IMG/VR virus record: IMGVR_UViG_3300017917_001342
Span: 310,001-374,000 of that record
Strand: one strand, 5' to 3'
Length of the DNA stretch: 64,000 nucleotides
In this document: piece after piece, positions 55,178-64,000 of the stretch
Position numbering within the stretch: position 1 is the stretch's first letter
Layout of the letters: every line of letters begins with the position of its first letter
Notes under the pieces: model-generated
Told to the model about the DNA's origin: nothing
What the model saw: only the letters and a program-made list of their open reading frames with translations
Database searches by the model: none
Program-made: the position numbers and the translations under genes

Positions 55178-55794
55178 AAAAACATCAGTTACCAACAATC
55201 AGTAACTTCAATCTAAAAATAGATCTAGAACGTTTGCAAAAAGAAACTGACAAACTGGCAGAAAAGTTTGTCGATGTTCGAACTGCAAATCCCATGCTAT
55301 GCGACAATCACATGACACTGGTTGAACAGGTCTACGACAATTTCGAACAGATAAATTTAACCACTCCTAGTAAAATACTTCCGTATACAGACAGCGTTAA
55401 AGAAAGACTACGCAGAAAAGAAGAACATTTATATAATGTGCCAACTGAACATTACGAAGGTAGTTACTTCCAAGAGATAATCAGCCAATTAAAAGCACCT
55501 GCAAGCCGTGTACGTATTACTAAACTTGCACCAGGTAAAACTATTCCGTTCCATGTGGATTATGACGTAAACTATGCTGTAAGATGTATATGTCCAATTT
55601 ACAGCGACAGAAACGTAATCAATCTATTTAGAAGAGACGACCAGCTTGAAGCATACACGTTTGAGCCAGGTAATGCATATTTCTTGAATATTGCATATCC
55701 GCATGCTGTTATCAACATGAGCGATAAACCAAGAATTGCACTTATGTTCAGTTTAGATGGTCAAGATGACCTTATGGATTTCGCAATTCAATGA
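55171..55794 (+). CDS. Asp/Asn beta-hydroxylase-like 2OG-Fe(II) dioxygenase
   Basis: RVRITKLAPG..IPFHVD...PHAVIN....RIAL. Confidence 0.85.
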   Translation: MLKKHQLPTISNFNLKIDLERLQKETDKLAEKFVDVRTANPMLCDNHMTLVEQVYDNFEQINLTTPSKILPYTDSVKERLRRKEEHLYNVPTEHYEGSYFQEIISQLKAPASRVRITKLAPGKTIPFHVDYDVNYAVRCICPIYSDRNVINLFRRDDQLEAYTFEPGNAYFLNIAYPHAVINMSDKPRIALMFSLDGQDDLMDFAIQ

Positions 55795-56321
55795 TAAAAG
55801 AAAGTGTTAGCACTGTAGGTAATCAAGCATATCAGTTTGCGCAGTTTAAACAGAATCAGATAAATCTAATCATGTTTATCTGCAATCACTGTCCTTATGT
55901 ATTGTATAGAATGCCTGCTATTTCACAGTTAGTCGACGACTACAAGGATGCTATAAACATTGTTGCAATCAACAGCAATGATAGTAGTCCATCTACCTAT
56001 GATAGTCATCCTGAAGACGCCCCAGAGTACATGCCGGCATTTAAAATAAAACACAATCTCAATTGCGAGTATATTTTTGATGCAGACCAATCTCTAGCCA
56101 AACAATACAATATACAATGTACACCAGAATTTGTTTTAACTGATAAAAACGGTATCATTGTCTATCACGGTGAATTAGATCCCAGCAGGAAAACTAATCA
56201 ATTAAAATCCACTGGCAGCAGTCTACGTCATGCAATTGAATTAACCGTAGTCGGACAAAAAATCACATGGCAACCTGCTGCTAGCTTTGGTTGCAGTATC
56301 AAATGGAAAGAAACACTATGA
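55791..56321 (+). CDS. thioredoxin-fold redoxin (AhpC/TSA-like)
   Basis: MFICNHCPYV, INSND, CTPEF, FGCSIKW. Confidence 0.9.
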   Translation: MIKESVSTVGNQAYQFAQFKQNQINLIMFICNHCPYVLYRMPAISQLVDDYKDAINIVAINSNDSSPSTYDSHPEDAPEYMPAFKIKHNLNCEYIFDADQSLAKQYNIQCTPEFVLTDKNGIIVYHGELDPSRKTNQLKSTGSSLRHAIELTVVGQKITWQPAASFGCSIKWKETL

Positions 56322-56683
56322 AATATTGCCAAATAATGAATCCTGATACTTTTACAGATCACAGAGGTTCCATATTCAGTTTTTTTCCAGACGTTGATAT
56401 AAAAGAATACAACCTCATGGTAACATTCAAAGGCGACGAAAGAGGTTATCATTACCATCCGCATTTCTATGAATATATAATGATTGTTGACGGCGAATGC
56501 TTATTTAAGGAACATCACAACGGTGAAACAAACGAGATTCTTCTTAAAACAGGCAGTAGTGTACGAATCCCTGCGGGTATTGCACATGCATTTGTAGCGA
56601 TAACAGATCTAAAATTTGTCAGCATGCTAACACAGGGATGGAACGATAGTAATCCACCTATTGTAAAAGTAGATTTCAAATGA
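56318..56683 (+). CDS. cupin (sugar epimerase/isomerase-like)
   Basis: DHRG, RGYHYHPHFYE, IPAGIAHAF; start probably MKYCQ at 56318. Confidence 0.8.
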   Translation: MKYCQIMNPDTFTDHRGSIFSFFPDVDIKEYNLMVTFKGDERGYHYHPHFYEYIMIVDGECLFKEHHNGETNEILLKTGSSVRIPAGIAHAFVAITDLKFVSMLTQGWNDSNPPIVKVDFK

Positions 56684-57351
56684 GCAACGTAGAAACCGAT
56701 CCAGTGTTGGAGATAACAGTGTTTGAAAATGTATATGTAAAACCATACGATAAATCTTACAAAACGCAAATAGACGAGTTTTTAGAACTTGCAATTAACG
56801 AAGGCAACGACTCGTACAAAAGCAGCAATTTTCATCCGGACAATATTGACGGTCAAACGTGGATGACATTTGTTGATGGCGACCTGGCCAGTATCAGTGC
56901 AGTAGAACGTAGTCATTATACTGGTGACCCTGACATAGCCGGGCGAGTTTGTAGGTACCACATACTGAAAAAATACAGACATAGCAATGCCGGATTTAGA
57001 ATGTTAAACGACCAAGTACAATGGGCTAAAGAAGTCGGTCTAAAAACACTGTACTGGACTCATAATGTAAACAACAAAGCACTGAACGCAATGTATCAAC
57101 ATAAACGCACAATGCCATTCAGAGGTGAAAGTGTACCGTATTTTATGACTGATACATATAAAGCATTTGTTTTACAGCCCGATATGATATTCAAAGTAAG
57201 TCCAAAAAGTGATTTCTTACAATACGTTTATGCTAATATGTTAGTCGAAGGATTTGTCTGGAGACCAGAGCATCCGACTATTATCTATTATGAACACAAC
57301 GGCGAAATAACAGAAACTATAAAATCCGCAGTACTAAGCCTAGGGTCGTAA
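56680..57351 (+). CDS. GNAT-like acetyltransferase
   Basis: R....KKYRHSNAG (motif A-like), N.KALNAMY. Confidence 0.6.
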   Translation: MSNVETDPVLEITVFENVYVKPYDKSYKTQIDEFLELAINEGNDSYKSSNFHPDNIDGQTWMTFVDGDLASISAVERSHYTGDPDIAGRVCRYHILKKYRHSNAGFRMLNDQVQWAKEVGLKTLYWTHNVNNKALNAMYQHKRTMPFRGESVPYFMTDTYKAFVLQPDMIFKVSPKSDFLQYVYANMLVEGFVWRPEHPTIIYYEHNGEITETIKSAVLSLGS

Positions 57352-57858
57352 TACCAATTCAGTTATCTCATATTGATTGTTGTGTATTGCATCTAACAGA
57401 AATTTAGATGCATATGCATGCGATATCTTTCCTGCACCATCACCTAAATATCCAGGTTTAAATATCATTAATTTACAACCATGTCGATCGTGGCTGTTAA
57501 CAAGTTGATATGTTGCAACGTCAAGTGCTTTTTTAACCGTGCTATATAGGCAAGGTCTTAAACGCCACTCTGCTGCATTGCTAGCCATACTACCTACAGT
57601 AACTATGAGTTTTTTACTGTTCTTCCATTCATCGTACAGTTCATAAAGAAGATCTAACTGCCCATATCTGTCATACGCATTGTTTATAAAAACGTCACAA
57701 TGTGTCACAGTGTCAATCAAACGTTTCCTATCATCGCGATTGGTTATATCAAATCCGTTTGATCTGCTGAACCCAATCACATCAATATCTTGTTCAATTG
57801 AATAGTTGTAAATGCTCTTACCTAGTCCAGATGTGTGTCCAGTTATTGCCAACTTCAT
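57340..57858 (-). CDS. short-chain dehydrogenase/reductase
   Basis: TGHTSGLG, FINNA, YSTVK. Confidence 0.85.
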   Translation of the reverse strand: MKLAITGHTSGLGKSIYNYSIEQDIDVIGFSRSNGFDITNRDDRKRLIDTVTHCDVFINNAYDRYGQLDLLYELYDEWKNSKKLIVTVGSMASNAAEWRLRPCLYSTVKKALDVATYQLVNSHDRHGCKLMIFKPGYLGDGAGKISHAYASKFLLDAIHNNQYEITELVLRP

Positions 57859-58952
57859 TTTATTTCTTTCATATAATTGTGTATATCTAGTACAAATTTT
57901 GCGTTAACAGATCTGTCCAACGACGTTTGCTTATTCAGTTGCAGTGTGTTTTTATCTTTATAGATCCAAGAGTAGGGATCGTCTATAGATTGCAATAATG
58001 AATTAACACGCTTTAATTCATTGAGCAAACCGTGCAATCTATCTGCATCATTTTTTATAAAATCAAATGATAAATCGAAATAGTTATCGTACAGTTTAAA
58101 TCCTAAATCTTTTAAGTAATGATTAACACCGGGCTGTCCCCATATTATAATAGGTCGATTGAACAACAGATACTTGAAAGTCTTTTCAGTGATATAAAAA
58201 CCAATGTCATCTAATATAGTATCTTGCACTAATATAAAACTGTAATTGATTGCAGATGTGCAGATATCTTCTGTCCATTGCACTGGCATGTCTGTGTCAA
58301 AATCTGTTCTATCAATTTCATAATTCTTTAAAAACACGCTGTCAGATTTGCATTCTATATTAAATCTAGTCAGATGATCTTTTAATACGTGCGGCTCTAC
58401 AATGCTTTGACTTATAGCTGCATTTAAATCATTCTCGATAATAAGGTAATTCATTGCGTTTCTATGAGCCCGAGGATTTCTAGAAAATGTGATAAATCCT
58501 GGTACTACTTTATCGGGATCGGTTCCTATTCTATCTTTGAACATGTGATTTATTTCAACAAACGTTGCAACAGGAAATGTTGCTATTTTATTTTTGAAAT
58601 CGGTAGTCAAAAACCAATTGTTGTAGGTTGATATTTCTCTATCAAGATTTGCAGTTAACAAAATTACATTTGGTTCTGGTATGTCATACTTTATACAGTC
58701 CATATGTATGCTATAATACAAATGTCCAATATCAAACGATTCCCAAGTATAGTCTAGCACTATAAAATGATCTTTTGCACGTTGTAATTCGTCTGCTGTA
58801 AGACTATCAAATATAGGCATATGTATTAACGACTGTGCACCACTGATAATATCCCAATGCGGATTTACTGATTTAGTAACAATTTCTTTTGAGAAATTAT
58901 ATTCGACACCCCAGGGTTTGTTATAGTTCATCCCATCTACTAACAAAGTCAT
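57855..58952 (-). CDS. hypothetical protein, possible GT-B (GT10-like) glycosyltransferase
   Basis: YITEKTFK...RPIIIWG motif. Confidence 0.45.
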   Translation of the reverse strand: MTLLVDGMNYNKPWGVEYNFSKEIVTKSVNPHWDIISGAQSLIHMPIFDSLTADELQRAKDHFIVLDYTWESFDIGHLYYSIHMDCIKYDIPEPNVILLTANLDREISTYNNWFLTTDFKNKIATFPVATFVEINHMFKDRIGTDPDKVVPGFITFSRNPRAHRNAMNYLIIENDLNAAISQSIVEPHVLKDHLTRFNIECKSDSVFLKNYEIDRTDFDTDMPVQWTEDICTSAINYSFILVQDTILDDIGFYITEKTFKYLLFNRPIIIWGQPGVNHYLKDLGFKLYDNYFDLSFDFIKNDADRLHGLLNELKRVNSLLQSIDDPYSWIYKDKNTLQLNKQTSLDRSVNAKFVLDIHNYMKEIK

Positions 58953-59671
58953 TATAACAATTCCTCAAATATATAAAATTCTTTTGACAACACAGGTTTT
59001 ACAAAATCGTTAACATCTAAAATTACCGAATCACCGTTTAACCATTTTACTGCTAAGTTTGCTAGTATTTCATTATTTTCTTTTGTCATATGGCATTTTC
59101 TCATATCATATTCAAAAATAGGATATTCTATATTCCATGCTGTGTTTTCCATAGCAAACACATCAGTCAATGTATTGCCAACTATATTTTCGAAACTGTT
59201 ATTGAAATTGGGAACTAGCATTATATCCGGTCTCAGCTTTTTACAGTAATCTACTAGACTATTGTGTATTAAGTTTACATGATCTTCTTGATATATGTAA
59301 ATGTAATAATCTAATACGCTGTTTAATTCTGTTAACCATTTTTCTTTTTTTGCTCTATCATACCATAATTTACTGTATTCGTAATTAACGAAATGCGGAG
59401 TTGGTTGGTTGTCGCTAGGAAAGCCCATTGTTACACGACCAGGATGCGTAACTAATAAAATTACCTTGTCGTACAAATGATGCGTGGACTTTAACAGGTC
59501 TGCACTGTAAACAAGACTAGAACTAAATGCAGAATAGTTTGTTACAGCGTACTTACTAGCTAGTATTTCTGTCCAATCTAAACCTATGTAACTGAGATAT
59601 TGTTTACCAGATTCTGAAACATTGAACGCAAACCCAGATCCGAAACTGTCACCGTATATACCGATTTTCAT
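58952..59671 (-). CDS. SGNH/GDSL-like protein
   Basis: IGIYGDSF; C-term CH.T...N. Confidence 0.5.
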   Translation of the reverse strand: MKIGIYGDSFGSGFAFNVSESGKQYLSYIGLDWTEILASKYAVTNYSAFSSSLVYSADLLKSTHHLYDKVILLVTHPGRVTMGFPSDNQPTPHFVNYEYSKLWYDRAKKEKWLTELNSVLDYYIYIYQEDHVNLIHNSLVDYCKKLRPDIMLVPNFNNSFENIVGNTLTDVFAMENTAWNIEYPIFEYDMRKCHMTKENNEILANLAVKWLNGDSVILDVNDFVKPVLSKEFYIFEELL

Positions 59672-60450
59672 TTTAGGTTAGACTCAATTATCTGCGCAGC
59701 AGTGCGATGACTCAGTGTTCCGTAGTGTATTAGGTCTCTAGCACTGTCTAATTTATATAGCTGCTGTATGCCTAGCACTTTAGCTGTTTCTTCAAAAAAA
59801 CTAACCTGTGCATATCTGGTTCGTGTTTTCCAAAATCCTTCGCACGCCATACCAGTAAAATACATCTGTGCTTGCGAGTTAGTGTCATTGCCGTTCCAGA
59901 TTTCAAATAGAGATTTGAGGCGTTTATCAAAATTGTCCCAGCGACCACCACTCCAGTATCCAACCCTTGATACTTTGTTTTCCTCATAATATAGGAATCT
60001 GCCAATGTCGCTCCATACTTGCACAACTGCATAGGGAGTTGGATACCATTTGTCTAATAATAAACTGTTATGCCAACTAAACATCGGACTTGTGCCAGAT
60101 TGACCAATGTTTATAACTGGCCTATCTGTTAATCTAGACAAGTGATAGCAAAGTGTTTCTGTTTCAGCTAATCCTTCTCCAAACACATGCGAACACCCAA
60201 ATACTACTATGCTTTCTTTCCAATCAACTGTGTCCCATTCCGGTGCTCTATAATAGTTTTGATTGAGGTTATACTTCACTTCCTTTGTTCTATAGGGCCA
60301 ATCAGCTGGTTGATTTTTTAGGTTTTCATAATAGGCCGCTTTTTCTTCTACTGATAAAAAATCAGGTAGGAGTTTACCATATTTTAATTCGTTCGGTAAT
60401 ACCAAAGGGAACGGCCCAGGTAAAAAAGCGTTTGGTTCTAAATAGTTCAT
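59668..60450 (-). CDS. SGNH/GDSL-like protein
   Basis: VFGCSHVFG, NIGQSGTS, ARDLIHYG. Confidence 0.55.
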   Translation of the reverse strand: MNYLEPNAFLPGPFPLVLPNELKYGKLLPDFLSVEEKAAYYENLKNQPADWPYRTKEVKYNLNQNYYRAPEWDTVDWKESIVVFGCSHVFGEGLAETETLCYHLSRLTDRPVINIGQSGTSPMFSWHNSLLLDKWYPTPYAVVQVWSDIGRFLYYEENKVSRVGYWSGGRWDNFDKRLKSLFEIWNGNDTNSQAQMYFTGMACEGFWKTRTRYAQVSFFEETAKVLGIQQLYKLDSARDLIHYGTLSHRTAAQIIESNLK

Positions 60451-61037
60451 TTACGTTTTGGTACAGAAACTAAACTAGGATCTTTTAATTCAGCGATGTC
60501 AATTGGCATAGCAATTGTCATTATTGCAACTAATTTATTAGACATATTGACAAAGTTATGCCAAACAGTATTTGATGCAAACGTAGGTTTAGTAATCTCA
60601 AATTGAGTTGTAGCATTATCATAGGTAAAAACACCTGTCCCTAAAATAGGAAATACCAGTGTTGTTCCGCCAAAGTTTCCTTTATCAATGTGCTCTTGTA
60701 AATGCGCACCAGGTACTAACAACAAAAATGCAGTACCCATATCATCAATATTAACAGTCAACGAATTATCTCTAATCATTTGAAATTTAATATCAGCAAT
60801 GATATTTTTATATTCTATATGTTCTGGATATGTACTCCATGAAAGTTTTTTGTCTTTTTTAGAAAAAGAAACAGCTAAGTTAAAAAGTGACGCATTTTGA
60901 TCATTGCTTTCATATGTCGATGTTTCAAAATCACTAGACATTAATAGGTTAATAAATCTATCGCTTTGCAGTGTACTTAAAAACTCATCGTATCTAGAAG
61001 TTGTGCAGGGATAGCGTGTTGGTACATATTCGTTCAT
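60447..61037 (-). CDS. 2OG-Fe(II) dioxygenase-like (DSBH) protein
   Basis: LQEHID...VWHNFVN. Confidence 0.6.
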   Translation of the reverse strand: MNEYVPTRYPCTTSRYDEFLSTLQSDRFINLLMSSDFETSTYESNDQNASLFNLAVSFSKKDKKLSWSTYPEHIEYKNIIADIKFQMIRDNSLTVNIDDMGTAFLLLVPGAHLQEHIDKGNFGGTTLVFPILGTGVFTYDNATTQFEITKPTFASNTVWHNFVNMSNKLVAIMTIAMPIDIAELKDPSLVSVPKRK

Positions 61038-61588
61038 TTGATTAACAGACCTCGTGTATAAAGATCTTTTAATACGTCATATGTGTAAGGCTCCATGAAA
61101 CAAACACTAAGGTTTATTCTAGGACTGCTGCTTTTTCTATTGTCTACACCGTGTGGTACATTTCTAAACAAAATGGGTTCTGTATAAAGCACACTGTCTA
61201 TGATATGCCCATTTGAGTAATCATGAAACTTTTGTTGCTTGCCAACTTGACCTTCCCATTCTGGTATATGCCAAAAGTCTAAAGTATGTTGCTCATAGCT
61301 GTCTGTACATGGTATTAGTATTGCAGCACTTCTGCCATTATCAACATGCGGAATTAGCAATTCACCTGCTCTACAGGCTATTAAAATACCCATGTAACTC
61401 CAAATTGGTAACAGTTGATCTTTTAACCAATCAGGCTCGTATTTTTTGTAATACTGCACATACCCGTGATTCTCATGTTCGGGTGTAATCTCAGACCATC
61501 CAGTCCTATCGTTTATTACAGTTTGCAAATGTGCCTTGTCTATTTTTAATTCAGGGAGTTTGCAATATAGTTCCATATTATTCTCCAA
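61034..61588 (-). CDS. 2OG-Fe(II) dioxygenase-like protein
   Basis: IPHVD...PHGVDN...PRINLS. Confidence 0.7.
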   Translation of the reverse strand: MENNMELYCKLPELKIDKAHLQTVINDRTGWSEITPEHENHGYVQYYKKYEPDWLKDQLLPIWSYMGILIACRAGELLIPHVDNGRSAAILIPCTDSYEQHTLDFWHIPEWEGQVGKQQKFHDYSNGHIIDSVLYTEPILFRNVPHGVDNRKSSSPRINLSVCFMEPYTYDVLKDLYTRGLLIK

Positions 61589-62345
61589 TAGAAATGCAGC
61601 GTATATTACACGGACTGTCTAATATATACTTAACTGCATTTACTATGTCTCTACTTTTAACATTTTGAGTTATTTTTACAGTAGTAAATTCGTCTGACGG
61701 ATGATCGCCTATGTAAATGACAAACTTGTTTTTATGCTGTTTTGCAAAAAATATGTTATCGGTTATTAGTATGTCACAGGCATCTGCATTTGAATGTGTG
61801 TTAAAGTATGCTTTTAATACAGCATTGTCAAAGGTCTGACATATGTTATAGTCTTGTGTCCATTTCGTAACAAGCGTATCTGTTTTTTCCATGTTGACAA
61901 TTTCGTCATAGGATTTGTCAAAATGAAATAACAGATTATATCTAGGTTTATCTGAATAGTTAATACCATTGTGCCAAGTCTTGGCATTTGTTACAACTGG
62001 ATTGCTGTAATAGTAATCAACTTCTTCATCATTTACTTTAAATCGTATCAAATGAGGAGTAGTATCAATTGGTACAATTAGTGTGCAACCTCTAGTAAAA
62101 TCAGTGTGCCAGCCAGTTTCATGACCAGGTGGTACGTAGCTAAAACTATAGGTGGTAGAATCTAACAGACGATTTTTAATACGTATAGCTTCTATGCTAA
62201 CTGGAAACACAATATCTCTATGTGTGCTGAAAAAGGTTTTACCTCTATCAGCAGTGTATTGCGGCCAATGTTTTATATCAGAAATGGTCTCGTATAAAAA
62301 TTCTCTGTCATAATCAAGAGTTATCGGATAGATGTAGTCATCCAT
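61578..62345 (-). CDS. 2OG-Fe(II) dioxygenase-like protein with a C-terminal extension
   Basis: GWHTD...WHNGIN...PRYNL. Confidence 0.7.
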   Translation of the reverse strand: MDDYIYPITLDYDREFLYETISDIKHWPQYTADRGKTFFSTHRDIVFPVSIEAIRIKNRLLDSTTYSFSYVPPGHETGWHTDFTRGCTLIVPIDTTPHLIRFKVNDEEVDYYYSNPVVTNAKTWHNGINYSDKPRYNLLFHFDKSYDEIVNMEKTDTLVTKWTQDYNICQTFDNAVLKAYFNTHSNADACDILITDNIFFAKQHKNKFVIYIGDHPSDEFTTVKITQNVKSRDIVNAVKYILDSPCNIRCISIGE

Positions 62346-62928
62346 GTTTCATATTCTTTGTTAATGTTATATCTTCAACGCATTCCGGTGCATCGATTAT
62401 CCATTTGATAACAGATGCAACATACTCTGTATTTAATTTAGGTTCATCTGGGTGCAATTTGTCAACGTATGGTGTATGCATATGTCCGAGGCTCATATAT
62501 GTACACTTTATGTTAGGCGTTATAGTTGTTCTGTTATGATTGATAGTTTGACACAGTTGCTTTAATGCAATTTTTTCACTGCTGTAGCTTATGTATTTTA
62601 ACCAAGGCTGTGCAGTATTAATGTGATCACTAATGCTGCCAATGCATATAACATGTCCAGACTTGTTGCTTTGTTCCCAATCAACATAGAGTTTGTGCAA
62701 CAATCTAACTTGACTATAGTTGTTCATTTTTTCAGTATAGCAATTTAAAATCACCACGTCATAATGACATGCAATGTGACAGAATTTATCCATACCTTCG
62801 TCAGTAGATAAATCATAGCCATTTGATCTACTAGCAAAACTGCTTTTTAGCAGTGTATTAATTCCAGCAGCAAGGCCGTACGATGGATTACCCGTTGTTA
62901 GAATATGTGTTACTGGTTGTCCGGCCAT
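62338..62928 (-). CDS. short-chain dehydrogenase/reductase
   Basis: TTGNPSYGLA, VILN, YSSEK. Confidence 0.75.
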   Translation of the reverse strand: MAGQPVTHILTTGNPSYGLAAGINTLLKSSFASRSNGYDLSTDEGMDKFCHIACHYDVVILNCYTEKMNNYSQVRLLHKLYVDWEQSNKSGHVICIGSISDHINTAQPWLKYISYSSEKIALKQLCQTINHNRTTITPNIKCTYMSLGHMHTPYVDKLHPDEPKLNTEYVASVIKWIIDAPECVEDITLTKNMKHG

Positions 62929-63359
62929 ATTGATAATCCTAACCTTTGACTAGAAATTTCACTTATATCATGTATTATGTCAACTTGTATACGATGCCAC
63001 GTATGCAGTGGTGCAGTTGCTTCGTAAACTATTTCGGTAGAGTCGTCATTGTACCAGCGAGTTCTCACATTGTCGCCACCAGTTAAAAACAAATAGTTGT
63101 AACAAAATGTTCTACCAACATCGCGATGAGGCGTTAGCTGCACACCGATTAATTGATAGTTTGCTTTGATTTTGAAGCTAAAATGCTGTTGCAAAAAATC
63201 ATGCAACTCGTCGCTTATAGCATGTGTAAAGTACCAATGATCGCCCGACGGATCATCGGAAAACATGTTTTTACCTTTGCGTATAATAGCAGGATCTGTT
63301 ATTGCAAGACCTTCTGGTATTTTTGGTAAATTTGGTTCTATTTGATAATATGGTAACAT
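62910..63359 (-). CDS. 2OG-Fe(II) dioxygenase-like protein
   Basis: TPHRD...IIHDI...RLGLS. Confidence 0.65.
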   Translation of the reverse strand: MLPYYQIEPNLPKIPEGLAITDPAIIRKGKNMFSDDPSGDHWYFTHAISDELHDFLQQHFSFKIKANYQLIGVQLTPHRDVGRTFCYNYLFLTGGDNVRTRWYNDDSTEIVYEATAPLHTWHRIQVDIIHDISEISSQRLGLSIWPDNQ

Positions 63360-63362
63360 TTA

Positions 63363-63824
63363 TTATCCTTGTAGTAAACGTTTTCTAGCATACCAACTAA
63401 GAGGCAAATTCAATGTTTTATAATCTTCGCCGGTTACTTTGCCTCTGCACTTGGGTGATCCGCACTTGCAAACTTCTATCGGATTCTTTTTGGTTAAGAA
63501 AAAAGTTCCGTAGTCTACTGTGATGAATTCGCCTTGTTGTATATCGCGCAATGCTCTAAATACAATTTGCCCATCTATATAGCAATTTGGATCACAACTG
63601 TGATTAACATATGCTTCGTATTCACTGCCAGCAGGCAAATCTAATACAAAGTCTTTATCAATCAGCAATCCTTTATACCAAGTGGTTTCTTGGTTGTTTA
63701 TTGCTATGCCGCCTGCAACAAATATCACATCGTCTTTATTAATTACAGAAGTTGCACATCTACACAAACCATGTACTGCACTTTCTTTTACTTCGGTATT
63801 TTTATTAATCCAAAAATAATGCAT
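63363..63824 (-). CDS. SET-domain lysine methyltransferase with post-SET
   Basis: YVNHSCDPNC, ALRDI..GEFITVDYG, CKCGSPKCRG; start probably MHYF at 63824. Confidence 0.92.
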   Translation of the reverse strand: MHYFWINKNTEVKESAVHGLCRCATSVINKDDVIFVAGGIAINNQETTWYKGLLIDKDFVLDLPAGSEYEAYVNHSCDPNCYIDGQIVFRALRDIQQGEFITVDYGTFFLTKKNPIEVCKCGSPKCRGKVTGEDYKTLNLPLSWYARKRLLQG

Positions 63825-64000
63825 TAAATTTAGGATCCTCAAAGTTTGCTAATACTAGTATGTGGTAACGTGCATCGCCTGCTGTATTATTTACAGCATG
63901 GTTATGTTGTGTGTTTATTATCCATGCTTCATTAAAACCATAATGTTGAACATGCAATGTTTTATCCATGTATACTAACATAGATGCATGTTCAGATGTA
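63805..64000 (-). CDS. C-terminus of another Asp/Asn beta-hydroxylase-like 2OG-Fe(II) dioxygenase (5'-truncated)
   Basis: Manual translation: ...AWIINTQHNHAVNNTAGDARYHILV...LFLD*. Confidence 0.65.
   Translation of the reverse strand, partial: TSEHASMLVYMDKTLHVQHYGFNEAWIINTQHNHAVNNTAGDARYHILVLANFEDPKFNALFLD

Overview
This is a 64-kb segment of a large T4-related (jumbo-type) myophage genome. Gene content and order resemble the RaK2/GAP32/XacN1/Atu_ph07-type jumbo phages; that placement comes from recalled family features, not a search. The standard genetic code fits all long ORFs. Layout: (i) 1-8 kb holds a topoisomerase II large subunit (truncated at the edge), a circularly permuted two-piece tmRNA gene with alphaproteobacterial hallmarks and tag ANDNVAPSYALAA, a PAAR-like/amidase fusion, glutaredoxin, a GT2 and nrdBA. 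(ii) 8-24 kb holds a tailspike, an exonuclease, a YafQ-like toxin with a small upstream partner, HTH proteins, repeat-rich virion and head proteins, IscA/HesB and a KxDG ligase-like protein. (iii) 24-41 kb is a T4-like replication and recombination block (gp41, gp61, gp62-like, UvsW, UvsY, UvsX, gp32) with a 211-aa minimal DnaE-like polymerase core and GroES/GroEL. (iv) 41-52 kb covers packaging and morphogenesis (gp17, probable gp16, gp4, gp19 and a tube-like paralog). (v) 52-64 kb is a convergent accessory enzyme island: fatty-acid desaturase, nucleotide-sugar enzymes, a PLP aminotransferase, six 2OG-Fe(II)-type dioxygenases, SDRs, GNAT, SGNH-like proteins and a SET-domain methyltransferase, headed by a sigma70 promoter that contains a 10-bp perfect inverted repeat. 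T4-like late promoters (core TAAATA) and sigma70-like promoters are visible throughout. No CRISPR array, rRNA, stand-alone tRNA, intein or IS element was recognised.
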